A stretch of DNA of 64,000 nucleotides, taken from Eledone cirrhosa. Taxonomy: Eukaryota. Both the position numbers and the translations under genes were made by a program. Shown here piece by piece: positions 52,485-64,000 of the stretch (position 1 is the stretch's first letter; each line of letters opens with the position of its first letter). The DNA lies in the NCBI GenBank assembly GCA_964016885.1, contig OZ024747.1, forward strand, positions 79,794,001-79,858,000. The letters are read 5' to 3'. Under the pieces are notes generated by a model. It was not told where the DNA came from. It did no database searches and saw only the letters and a program-made list of their open reading frames with translations.

Positions 52485-52644
52485 CAGGCATGTCAAACTG
52501 AAGGTCCCCGGAGGGCCACATGGGTCACATATGTGTTGTCTGAGGGCCACACATTACAACTAATATCTTTTATTTTATATTACACTCGCGCTGTAAAAAC
52601 CTTTGTGCGGGCCGCAGGTTTGCTTGTAAAGATTTGACATGCTG
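52485..52644. mobile_element. hAT/Charlie-type MITE
   Basis: Termini CAGGCATGTCAAAC ... TTTGACATGCTG with subterminal GGGCCAC/GCGGGCCGCA. Confidence 0.7.
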
Positions 52645-54049
52645 CTCTAGTACATATATACACATCTAATCTACTTTAGCATCTTTATTAACCCTTTCAT
52701 TACCGTATTTATAACGAAATGCACTGCCCATGTGTTTCAATTCATTTTGAAAATAACCAAACATTTGGAGGAATTTAAAGAAATAATTATTTAAAAAAAT
52801 TAGTTTGTTGATATTTAGAACATAATTAACAAAAATTTCTAAAATAATATTGAAATGAAAGATTTTAATATTAGGATAAACGTTTTAATGTGAGAGCACT
52901 TTTGTATTATTCATCGAGGACAGTTTCAGACTATTTAGTATCAAAAGTGGTAGAGGAATCAATTTCAGCGAGAAGAGGAATGGACATAAAGAACTCTCTG
53001 GTATATTTTCTTGACAAGGGTTGGTTTGCTTTTTACAATTCTCTTTTCCTTTGTCTCTGTACAACTGTACAAATCTACGCATGGAATATTTGATATAATT
53101 ACTTGTTGAGGAGAGAACACTATCAAAACTATCTGGTAATTCGTGATTGCTAAATAGCTTTCATACAATTAAGTATTCGTTTATCGTTCCATTGAACCAT
53201 AAGGCGACGTATTGACAGGGTCATTAGAATGTCAGATAGAATCCTTTGTGATATTTGGTTTGGCTTTCAGCGCTCTGGGTTCAGATACAGCCGAGGATCA
53301 ACTTTACCTTTCATCCTTTCGATGTACAAAACGACAGAAATGTATGACACTAGTCTAGTACTGGGTCGATTCTTCCTCTCTATATCTCTTTCTTAGTTTC
53401 TCTGAAAGAAATCTGCTTAATTCAGAACTGGAGATGAGATGGACTCTGCCAGCTTTAAAAGTCAAAGGCACATCGTATGTCACAACGTTATCCCCACGAC
53501 TCCACCAGGAATCACGAGACCATGATTACATTGGTCAGTATATATTGTGCTTGTATAATATTCTTTCATTCTTACGAAAATAAGTTGTTTTAACCAGGTG
53601 AAAACGAACTCTTAATGTAAAGGCTTTGCCCCAGGCCCGAAGCCCACCCCTCCCCCTCACCCCCTTTCTTCTGAGACACCAAAACTCTATCCATCCTCTC
53701 CCTTTCCTGTTCTCTTTCTTCTTTCTTTCTCTCTTTATTCCCCTATATTTCTCTATTCTTTCTTTCCTTTTGTTTCCCCCTTTTTTACATTTTTTTCTTA
53801 CTAAATAAAGTTTTTTTTTTGCTTTTGAATAAAGATTATTGTTTCTGAAAAAAAAAAGGCTTTGTATACTGTAGGGAGGTAGGTTACAAACCTGTAGCCT
53901 GTTGGATTTGAAGTTTTTTCAGTCATAAGGCTTAAGACGTTTTACTTTGTCTTTGTGATGTACTCAGCTTTTCTAAAAAAATATTCCTATAAATAATTAT
54001 AAATTATTTTTGTAAATACTTTGTTGGTAACTGTTATTCTTTTGTTCTT

Positions 54050-54360
54050 ACATTCTTTTACCGGTTTCAGTCATTAGATTGCGGCCATGTTGGGGCCATC
54101 GCTATAAAGTTGTACATATCGATCCAAGCTTTACGGATTGATTAATGGCCTGAGGAATGTAGAATTAATTGCTATCGTTAAAACTTTTAAGCTTTGTACA
54201 TAACTACATCTCACGAAAATCTACGTTCTATTTTATATATCAATTGATTTATTTCGAAATACATTTCCAAGTCTGGAACTTATTTTATCGATCTCTTTTT
54301 TTGAATCGCTAAGCTACGGGACATAAACACAGGTACAGACACAGAATCACACACACACAG

Positions 54361-54418
<58 letters not shown>

Positions 54419-54566
54419 ACACACACATACACACACGACGGGCTCCTATAGTTTCATTCACAAATCATTGGTCAGCTCGAGGCTATAAAAGAAGATATTT
54501 ACCACACAGCGAGACAGAGTCCGAAATCCCGTGGTTGCGAAGCGAACGCCTTAACCACACATGCCT
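54050..54566 (-). mobile_element. tRNA-derived SINE with internal (TG)n, interrupted by another repeat
   Basis: Head TGTGGTTAAG..TTCGCTTCGCAACCAC..; related partial copies at about 1300-1500, 13690-13845 and 56450-56580. Confidence 0.65.
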
Positions 54567-54578
54567 GCTGGATAGTTT

Positions 54579-54945
54579 CAGATCTGCCAACCTCTAAAAA
54601 CCCAAACGGGAGGTACCATGAAAACAAGGGCCCCAAATTGGGGAGAAATGAGGCAAAATGGGGAGATTTTGCATAATTGTTTCTACTTTTGGCACAAGGC
54701 CAGCAATTACCCAGTGTATTACTGGTACTTTATTTTATCGACCCCGTAAGGATGAAAGACAAAGTTAATCTCGGCGGGATTTGAACTCAGACCGTAAAGG
54801 GACGTAACTCTATGCTTCAAAGCATGGTGAACGTAACTCTATGCTTCAAACATAATGAAAGCTATACTCATTTTCACAAGAGAAGACATCTCTCACCCGC
54901 CCCAAAGTGGGCGGGAGATCTCCCCGGGGAGAGTTGACAGGTTTG
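54579..54945. mobile_element. CAG...CTG MITE with 6-bp TSD carrying a nested SINE (54678-54850)
   Basis: TSD TAGTTT on both sides; uninterrupted relatives at 55359-55548 and 57015-57209; nested SINE flanked by CATAAT. Confidence 0.82.
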
Positions 54946-55098
54946 TAGTTTCTCCGAAAATTGATCACTTTCATATTTCGGGTACCTACAAATCTCTTTC
55001 CTACAAATCTGTGGCCGGGTACCCGAACAAGAAATTATTATAGCCACAGCGGAGTGGAAAAAATGGTCGAGAACTGGACGAAATGCTTTATGGTATTT

Positions 55099-55270
55099 AA
55101 TAATAATGAATGAAATTATTGTGTACAGTGCTCAGGTGCACTACAACTCATCAAAGGTGTGCATGTATAGTACATAGAATAATATACAAATGTGAGGGAA
55201 GTGAATAGTGTATGAATCATGATATACATGTGTGCGTGTGTATGGGGGGGGGGGGATATTAGGTGTAGTG
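55099..55270 (-). mobile_element. 3' fragment of the CR1-type LINE
   Basis: Reverse complement matches 6380-6545. Confidence 0.85.
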
Positions 55271-55358
55271 TTGGCGTTCGTTTCAATTTTTCCCCTGGGA
55301 TAACTTGAATAGCAACAAACTGAATAGAAGCAATAAATCGAGTACAAACAATAAACTA

Positions 55359-55548
55359 CAGACCTGTCAACTCTCCCCGACAGAGGATCCCCCTCCCATT
55401 TTGGGGTGGGTGAGAGATGTCTTCTCTTGTGAAAATGTCTATCGCTTTCATTATGTAAAATCTCCTCATTTTGCCTCATTTCTCCCCGTTTTGGGGTACT
55501 TTTTTTCATGGTACTCCCGGTCTCGGTTTTTAGAGGTTGGCGAGTCTG
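55359..55548. mobile_element. CAG...CTG MITE (inverted copy)
   Basis: CAGACCTGTCAACTCTCCC ... GAGGTTGGCGAGTCTG. Confidence 0.82.
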
Positions 55549-57014
55549 TAAACATGAGACAAAAAATAAACCGAAGTCCATCATAATAATCCTCGCCTAT
55601 AATTTGAATTCTTAGGCCAAAGTTAGAAATCACCACCACCACCACCACCACCGCCACCGCCACTACTACTACCACCACCACCACCACAAGCACCGCCTCC
55701 GCCACTATTACCGTGCCCACCATCACAGTCACCACCACCACCATCATTACAACCACCCCACCATCACCATCACCATCACCATCTCTGCCACCGCCACCAC
55801 CACCACAACCACCACCACCGTTATCACCGCAACCACCCGCCATCATCATCATCATCATCATCATCATCGCTGTCTATAAAATAAATGCACAAATCAATTT
55901 AAGGCTTTATCTTTCAAGTTGATATTTTAATTAGTATTGTGTTCTTTTTTTCTTTCACATTTAGTTGTCAATTAAATTATTTTTTCCAAGAAATTTTGAG
56001 ATCATTAAATATTTCTTTTTTCTCCGTATTTAAGCTTTCACATCTCTCGCTTTCAAGAAAAAAATGTCCTCATGTTTGTTTAAACAACTTTGTTTCCTCA
56101 AAACAAGCTTTACAGATTAATAGCTTGAGGAATGTAGAATTAATTGCTATCGTTAAAACTTTTAAGCTTTGAACGTATTTACATCTCACGAAAATCTACG
56201 TTCTATTTTATATATTTATCGATATGTTTCGAAATATATTACCAGCATTATTTGTTTCTTTCATTCCAGTTCGTAATTTTTTAGATTTTACATTTTATAT
56301 ATATTGCTAAAAATTCACAAAACTTATTTCAACATAACTACCCGAAATAAAAAAAAAATGTTGTAACGTTCATGCCCTTCACAGGAGTATTGTTAGCATG
56401 AAATCGATTAACTACAAAGAAATTGCTAACTAAATTTGGTCTTCTAGGAATGGATGTTTGGTTAAGAAGCTCGTTTCCCAACTGCGTACTTTCTAGCTTC
56501 TGGTAAAATTCCACCGTGTGATACTATGGAGAAGATCAAAATCTTATAAGACAGAAAGTGTGTAAGCCTGTCGCAAGGACCGATCTCGTTTTTGAGTGGT
56601 AGACTTAATTTGTTATCCAGTTGGATGGATGTATGGATGTCTTCCCTGGAGTCCTCTCTGTTGTTGTTGTTACAGCTCTCACCTATGCAGGTTTAGCTGG
56701 CCTCCTCCAAGGTATATCTCGCTGGAGGTGTCTTGGGTGATTTAATAATAGGGACCCCAGTCCTATTATCTCAGAGTCTTCTCTGTTGCAAGCACTCGAA
56801 CCAAATCTCTAGTCTGAGGATAAATTTCTTTCCTCTAAATACCAGTTACAATGGCCAAAAATTAAGAGATTTTTGCGGCCATGCTGCATCCACTGATCGT
56901 ATATCTAAATATAAGAAAAGGATGACAGAGAAAACAAATATTACCAGTGCTGTGCTGTGTCCATGTAACCACATGAAGATAAAACTGCCAGCTATGCGGT
57001 AAAGGTAATTACTA

Positions 57015-57209
57015 CAGAGTTGCCAACCTCTAAAAACCCAAACGGGGAGTACCTTGAAAAAAAGTGTCCCCAAAAGGGAAGAAATGAGGCAAAATGGGGA
57101 GATTTTACATAATGAAAGCTATAGCCATTTTCACAAGGGAAGACATCTCTCACCCAGCACAAAGTGGGTGGGAGATCTCCCCATCGGACAGGGAGAGTTG
57201 AGAGGTCTG
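57015..57209. mobile_element. CAG...CTG MITE
   Basis: CAGAGTTGCCAAC ... GTTGAGAGGTCTG; TSD TTACTA. Confidence 0.82.
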
Positions 57210-57273
57210 TTACTATAAAGTTGACAAATATTTCAGGAACATGTGAGCCCAAATTCTAGTATTAGTATAGCTT

Positions 57274-57347
<74 letters not shown>

Positions 57348-57589
57348 CTCCCAAGTTGACTGTACAATTGATCCTATCTCATACGAAATCGATACTGATT
57401 GAATTATTGATTGATTGATACACGTGTACGTGAATCATCTTAATCAATATATGATAATTTGTTATTCATACGACATAAGATATTTGTTGAGAATAAGTTA
57501 AGACATGAGCAATGTTTGGAATTACCACAATACATTCTATTGTGAGAATGGTTAATTAATTACTTCTACAGATCAGGACATTCCAATAA

Positions 57590-57606
57590 AGACACACACA
57601 TACATG

Positions 57607-57678
<72 letters not shown>

Positions 57679-58172
57679 CATACACACGCACACACACATA
57701 CATGCGTGCACACACACAGAGGCAAACACACGCACACACACACACAGAAGCACTCACACATACTTGCGTGGACACACACACAGAAGGACTCACCCATACA
57801 CACATACATGCGTGCCCACACACACACATACATGCGTGGACACACACAGAGAGGTACTCACACACATACACACATAGATGTATGAAGCGCATGCATACAG
57901 AGGCACACACACACACAAAGGCAGTCACACATACGCACGCACACACACATACATGCAAGCGCACGCTCACAGAGGCACACACATATATATATATATATAT
58001 ACGCACATACACACAAAGGCACACACATGCATGCACGTGAGTACACAGGGACACAGGCATACAAACACAGACATACACACTCAGCCGCAGAAATACACTC
58101 ACATACACAGCCATACACAGAAATACACACACATACACACACCCTACACAGAAATACACACACTCTACACAG
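57590..58172. repeat. Degenerate (CA)n array
   Basis: Direct reading; source of the spurious HT/VC ORFs. Confidence 0.95.
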
Positions 58173-58393
58173 GCCAGCAACGGGACTAAACTGATTTACT
58201 TTCTTATTTTTCGAAAACTACAGAATTTTGATTTGATTAGGACATCGGACAATAGTGAATACAAGAAATGATTTTCGTTCATCAACGAAAATCTGGGTCA
58301 TTAGATCTGAGTGATTGATATCAGTTACCGACCTGGAAAATGCAGCGGATACGTTTTTCACCTTTTTCTGTAGACTAAGACAAATATATATAA

Positions 58394-58506
<113 letters not shown>

Positions 58507-58580
58507 TAAGTTATTCCGGGTTGAATCGGAGGTAACCACAGTAAGTAAGGTACTCAATACATAGCAGAGTATATATGTTT

Positions 58581-58672
58581 TAATATAGAAGAGCTTCTAC
58601 AGGACTAGAACTGTTCCTGATGATTTCTCACGAATGAAACAGTTCTAGTCCAGTAGAAGCTCTTCTATATTA
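58581..58672. repeat. Fold-back hairpin with a hammerhead core in its loop
   Basis: Arms 58581-58615 / 58638-58672; CUGAUGA at 58617-23, GAAA at 58636-39, GUC at 58648-50. Confidence 0.75.
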
Positions 58673-58843
58673 ATATATATATATATATATATAAATATAG
58701 ACTCGTAACCCCTGGTGGATTCGTAGGGGTACTGTAGTGATATACAGTGTGTCTTGGGCATTTTAAACCTGGCGGAACCTAACCTTCATTTTGGTCTGAA
58801 CATAGACGATTTCTTCCAGAGAAGGAGATAGATAGATAGATGG

Positions 58844-58874
<31 letters not shown>

Positions 58875-61832
58875 AAAATCGGTCCCAGTATTGGACTGGT
58901 ACTTTTTTATCGACGTCGATAGGATGAAAGGAGCAGTAGATCTGAACCAGATCGAACACCGCAAAGGATTCTACCCGAAGTTCTAATGACAATTCGGCGC
59001 TTTTAAAACAAATACCCGAAAACAAATGTCATATGACAACAAAACATAAATAAACATCATACTAGATTATTTTATAAACCAAATAATTTTATGTAGATTT
59101 CAGAGAAAATTATCCTGGCTAGGTTCAAAAGAGGAGAAAATCGAATCTTTGAACAGTTACTGATTAACAATATAAGATATGTTCAACTGTTCATTTTTAG
59201 AAGTTACAACTTCTTAAGTAAATGTACAAACAATTTTTCAGATCAACAGCTGAAATATAATTTAATTTTAGTCATTGCCAAGAATGAATTTGATAATTGA
59301 AAAACTGTCAGAGTGGTATTTGAATTAAATTTTATTGTTCTTTTACAGCTGTTGTCTACAGATCCATAACTGATTATCTTGCACATAGATCTCTCTCTCT
59401 CAGCATTCGTACATCTATCCCAAGCGTTCATAAACTATATTTATGAATAACCACATATTTACAGCTTTATATGTTATGTAATTCAATCCTTTTATTTCAT
59501 ATTTACGACTCTCATCCTTATATTCATGTTTACTACTTGGACACAAGGGTTGCTCAGCGCTAGTTCCGGATATATAATCAATAGAATGTCATGTGCGAAA
59601 CAACTGTAACCTCAATGGATGGAATGTGGCCAGTCGTTGAACCCTAACATATTCCTGTCGTAAATTGCATTCTGATTACCTGCGCACTACGATGAAAGAT
59701 AACTGATTCAGATATCATTGAGATCATAATAAAACTAAAAGTTCCTATTGAAAGATTCGTAATAACCTAAACGTTACTGTTTCTTATTCATGGAGATATA
59801 GATTCTATTTTCACATCATGACATTTAATGCCGTATTTCTTTGCAACAATGCTTTCATCAACAACGTTTAATAACCTTTAAATTTATGGACGGTGGATTG
59901 CAAAATCGGTAGAGCACCGGACACACTGTCTTGCGGTGTATTAGTTATACTCTTTTACGTTCTGAGTTCAAATCCTGCTAGAATAGACCTTTTTTCTTAT
60001 TATTCTGGGAATCGACAAAATAACTGCCAATGGAGTTACACAAACCTGTAGCAACGAGGCTCTGTAATGAAGCGTTAGTCTTTAACTTCAGGCTGACACA
60101 TTCATTTATTTTCAAAACAGTCATCATAATCAGAGGTAAAAAAAATAATTTAAGAATGCATACCTGTCTCGTTTCGAAGCGGGGACGTTAGAGTTATCTG
60201 TAACATTTACTCTGAGTGAGTATAGTTGGCAGAGCCGTAAGAACACTGAGTGACTTAGCTGAGAAGTAGACAGCTAGCACTGCATTCTATTGTGTCTGTT
60301 GACAAGACATTTCATTTTCAAATGGAACTAGCTGTAAATAGGTACAGCAAGATAAGAAGAACCTTTTACTCTAAGTAGCGACAGCACTAAATATTTGACA
60401 AGTACTACATTAGCTTGTCGTTCTGAGTCCAATTTCTCTTTTCAGTATGATAAGAAAAGCTGGATCCCACTAATAGATTATAACGAGTTGAATAATTGAC
60501 TGGATCAACTGAGAATTAACACGCACAAAGACACACATCCACACGCACACCCACTCATACATATACATACTCACTCTTCCACACACACGTCCACACGCAC
60601 CATTACATATACACGTACATATACACACTCACTCTCGCACACTCACTTTCACACGCACACGTCCACATGCACGCTCACTCTCACACATTCTCTCTATGGA
60701 TAATAGATTTCATGATAGACAGAAGTTCTAACTTTTCCATCACTCTCAAAAGACTTTAGCAATGTTTGAAGTGAGATTAGGAACTAGGCGGCTTACTTAC
60801 CTCATGAGGCTTTTTATTTTTCTATTCTTACCATTGAAGAAGCCTCGCCAAAAGTCACTGGACCTATTTTATCAACTCTTCAAATTTTACTGCCTTAAAA
60901 ATAGATGAATATACTGGATAAAGTCAACTTAAATATAAAGTAGCAGAAAAGAAAACGAAATCATAACGACTTGAATGTCAGTCGAATGATGTAAATTCGT
61001 CACAGAAATATTTCCCCAACATGTTTGGACGTTATCAGAAATCAACGTAAACAACGACTCTGTATGGCCAGTAGGAATTGGATTGAAATTTCTTGTGATT
61101 AAAGCGATACTTTGGAATTTACCCGGCCATTTGTTATGGTTAGATTCTTCAATATAGCATACACCAAACGATTGTGTTTCTGCTTTGAACTCTGGAGATT
61201 TATCTGTTTCAAGATGAACAATTTACGAGAGGCGGATGTTTCTTCACTCTATGTCTGTTACATTCGAAACCCTATTTTATTATATATTTTTTATAATATA
61301 TTTTTTCGTTCACTTATTATGCTTAAAAATGACTTTATCTGTAATATTATCTATATTTAAGGACTGCCTATCTATTGTATCTTCCTATCTATTTATTTTC
61401 CTGTTTTTTAGCTGTATATCTATCTATTTTCTATCTACGAAATATAGATTTACCATCACGGAACGGTCGTTCAACGTTTCAGATTTATTTTTTAGAGATC
61501 ACATCGAGCAAGTATGAAAGTTCTTACAGCCAAATATTTGCTAAGTTCCTCCAATTAATGTACACAATATACATATGATCCACATGATAGGTGCAATGTG
61601 TCCGAACACAGAAGAGTCGAACTCCTATTGTCATCGCCTTCATCTCTCTCGCCCTTCCCCATCTCTCTGTATTGTGAGCAAATGAGGTCCCACGTGCTGG
61701 CCCCCAACAGCCCCGGCGGTATATTACTTATATTTAACAAGGACTCTAATGTGGGACGGAGCATTATTGCTAGTATTTCAGAATTGGTGGTTGTGGGGCA
61801 ATGGGTTTTTTTTTCTTAGTATATTATGAGTA

Positions 61833-62048
61833 ATAATGATTTCTAGTATAGGCACAAGGCCAGTAATTTGGGGGAGGGGAAAGTCGATTAAATCGACCCC
61901 AGTACGTAACTGGTGCTTTATTTTATGGACCCCGTAACGATGAAAGGCAAAGTTAACCTCGGCGGGATTTGAACTCAGAACGTAAAGGGTCGTAACTCTA
62001 TGCTGCAAAGCATGGTGTCCGACCCTCTACCGATACTGCCAATCCACT
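61833..62048 (-). mobile_element. tRNA-derived SINE (same core family)
   Basis: Core and head match the other copies. Confidence 0.85.
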
Positions 62049-62856
62049 TAATGATGTCTGATTTAGACACAAGGCCAGCAATTTTTAGAGTAAAAGGAAG
62101 TCGATTATATCGACCCAAGTAGTTGTTTGGTAATTTTATTTTATCGATCACGGAAGGTTGGAAGTTAAAGTTGACCTCGGCGGGATTTGATCTCAGAACG
62201 TAAAAACAGGCGGAAGAAATGTCCCAGAGGATTTTCTCCGAGGTTCTATCAATCTACCAACCCTATGTTATGAGCAATAATATCATCTATATTACTGACA
62301 ATTTCACATGAGGTGTCGCTTTTGTTCTGAGATATATTACAGTTAAAACCCGGTGATTTCTCTTCCACAATCTCACCTATGTTAAAGGATATAGCTTTTG
62401 TCGTTGCATGCGTATCTATTTCAGTCAATAGCAGCTGTCTGGCCACGTTAAGATATCGTCTGCACTGGCCTTGTCTACTTCGAAGATTATGGTAATTCTA
62501 CCTAGAATGGCAAGCCTATTAATGTTATAGAATTTTACATCACAAATCTGACACGGTATAAAAAACACACATAAAAACAAATCAAAACAAAAACAAAACA
62601 AAACAAAACATCTGTTTAATCATGATATTCAATGGAGGATTGTAGTGGCAAGAAATTGAGGTTTACGAGAAGAAAACATATCTACACAGTTCTAAGTGTT
62701 GTCACTTCTCTGTTTTAAACTTATATCATAATAACTATACAGCAATTTTTGGTCGTCTGTTGCACCTTCAATTATTTTATGAAAGCAAAGTGATACCCGG
62801 CAGGATTTATGTAAAGAATGCTGCTCTTGCCCCCTTCGTCGAGTTTTTTTTACTCT

Positions 62857-63082
62857 TTAATAATGATTTCTAGTATAGGCACAAGGCCAGTAATTTGGCG
62901 GGGAGGGGAAAGTCGAGTAAATCGACCCCAGTACATTACTGGTGCTTTATTTTATCGACCCCGTAAGGATGAAAGACAAAGTTAACCTCGGCGGGATTTG
63001 AACTCAGAACGTAAAGGGCCGTAACTCTATGCTGCAAATCATGGTGTCTGATGCCCTACCGATACTGCCAATCCACCGCCCT
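62857..63082 (-). mobile_element. tRNA-derived SINE (same core family)
   Basis: Full head-core-tail copy. Confidence 0.87.
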
Positions 63083-63212
63083 TTTTAATAATGGTTTCTA
63101 ATGTAGCCACAATTCCAGCGATTTGTGGGGGAGGGGAAAGTTGATTATATCGATTAAACAGTTGAATGGTTCTTCTTATTTTATTGACCTCGGAAATATA
63201 AAAAATAAAAAA

Positions 63213-63432
63213 GGGCGGTGGATTGGCAGCATCGGTAGGGCATCAGACACCATGCTTTGTGGCATTGAGTTACGGCCCTTTACGTTCTGAGTTCAAATCT
63301 CATCGAGGTTAGCTTTGCTTTTCATCCTTATGGGGTCGATAAAATAAAGTACCAGTAACGCACTGGGTCGATTTAATCACCCCCCTCCCCTTCAAATTGC
63401 TGGCCTTGTGCCTAAATCAGAAACAATTATTA
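63213..63432 (+). mobile_element. tRNA-derived SINE (same core family)
   Basis: Full copy, inverted relative to 62857-63082. Confidence 0.87.
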
Positions 63433-64000
63433 TTGTTTGGTTGCAAGTTTTAGATAATATTTCAAAGAAATGCATATTTTTTTCATCTAGCATTTTCAAC
63501 AGCCTTTAGTTGTTTGATCTAATTTCTAATTTAATAGATGTTAATGATATTTTGTTTAAAAAAAGTGTTCTCTTAAGTTTGCTGTTACAAATATTTAATT
63601 GTGACCAGATATTTTTTTCTAGAATATTTGAAGACACAACTATAAATAACAATAATAATAACACACCACGGCTGTCATCTGTTGGAATACAATCATTCTT
63701 TCTTCTATTTTTTTCCCTCACTTTATTTTCGTCACTTGTTTTTTGTCATACACACACGAATGTCTAAGAAACGATTTCCTCAGTAATTCCATCTCTGTCA
63801 GAATGTCTGTTTAATTTAGATAGAAGAGGTTTTCTTATTCTCAAAGGGAGTTTTACATCTAGTCTTTATTTAATATCGATATGCAACGCTTGATCTTGTC
63901 TAAATTAACTTTCTGTTGGCCGCCAAGCAACCTAATATTATTAATGGAACTCTTCTTTCTTATATTCATTGTAAACATGGCGCACTTATCAAATTTAAAC

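Noticed and set aside
55630-55868. Pro/Thr-rich or Gly/Val-rich ORFs
   Set aside because: (CAC)/(CAT) trinucleotide low-complexity tract with no splice or homology support

Overview
AT-rich, repeat-dense metazoan (eukaryotic) DNA. The SINE, RTE and microsatellite landscape looks most like a coleoid cephalopod such as Octopus; this is my inference, not a database result. Two spliced genes, mostly missed by the ORF track, were assembled by hand from GT-AG boundaries and frame continuity. (1) A + strand SLC22 organic cation/anion transporter-like gene has 9 coding exons at 630-22243; its first exon lies upstream of the window. (2) A complete - strand, 9-exon, 392-aa ADP-ribosylglycohydrolase-family gene (ARH/DraG/J1-crystallin fold) at 41212->27058 has several substituted catalytic motifs. 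The two genes are convergent. Introns and the gene-poor right third hold a near full-length CR1-type LINE, two long RTE LINEs truncated at the same motif, a mariner, piggyBac-type and hAT-type MITEs, tRNA-derived SINEs and mini/microsatellites. The least expected signal is a set of fold-back (inverted-repeat) elements carrying type I hammerhead-ribozyme cores, probably Penelope-like pLTR remnants. One lies on the sense strand of the SLC22 intron, and its antisense twin is interrupted by the mariner.
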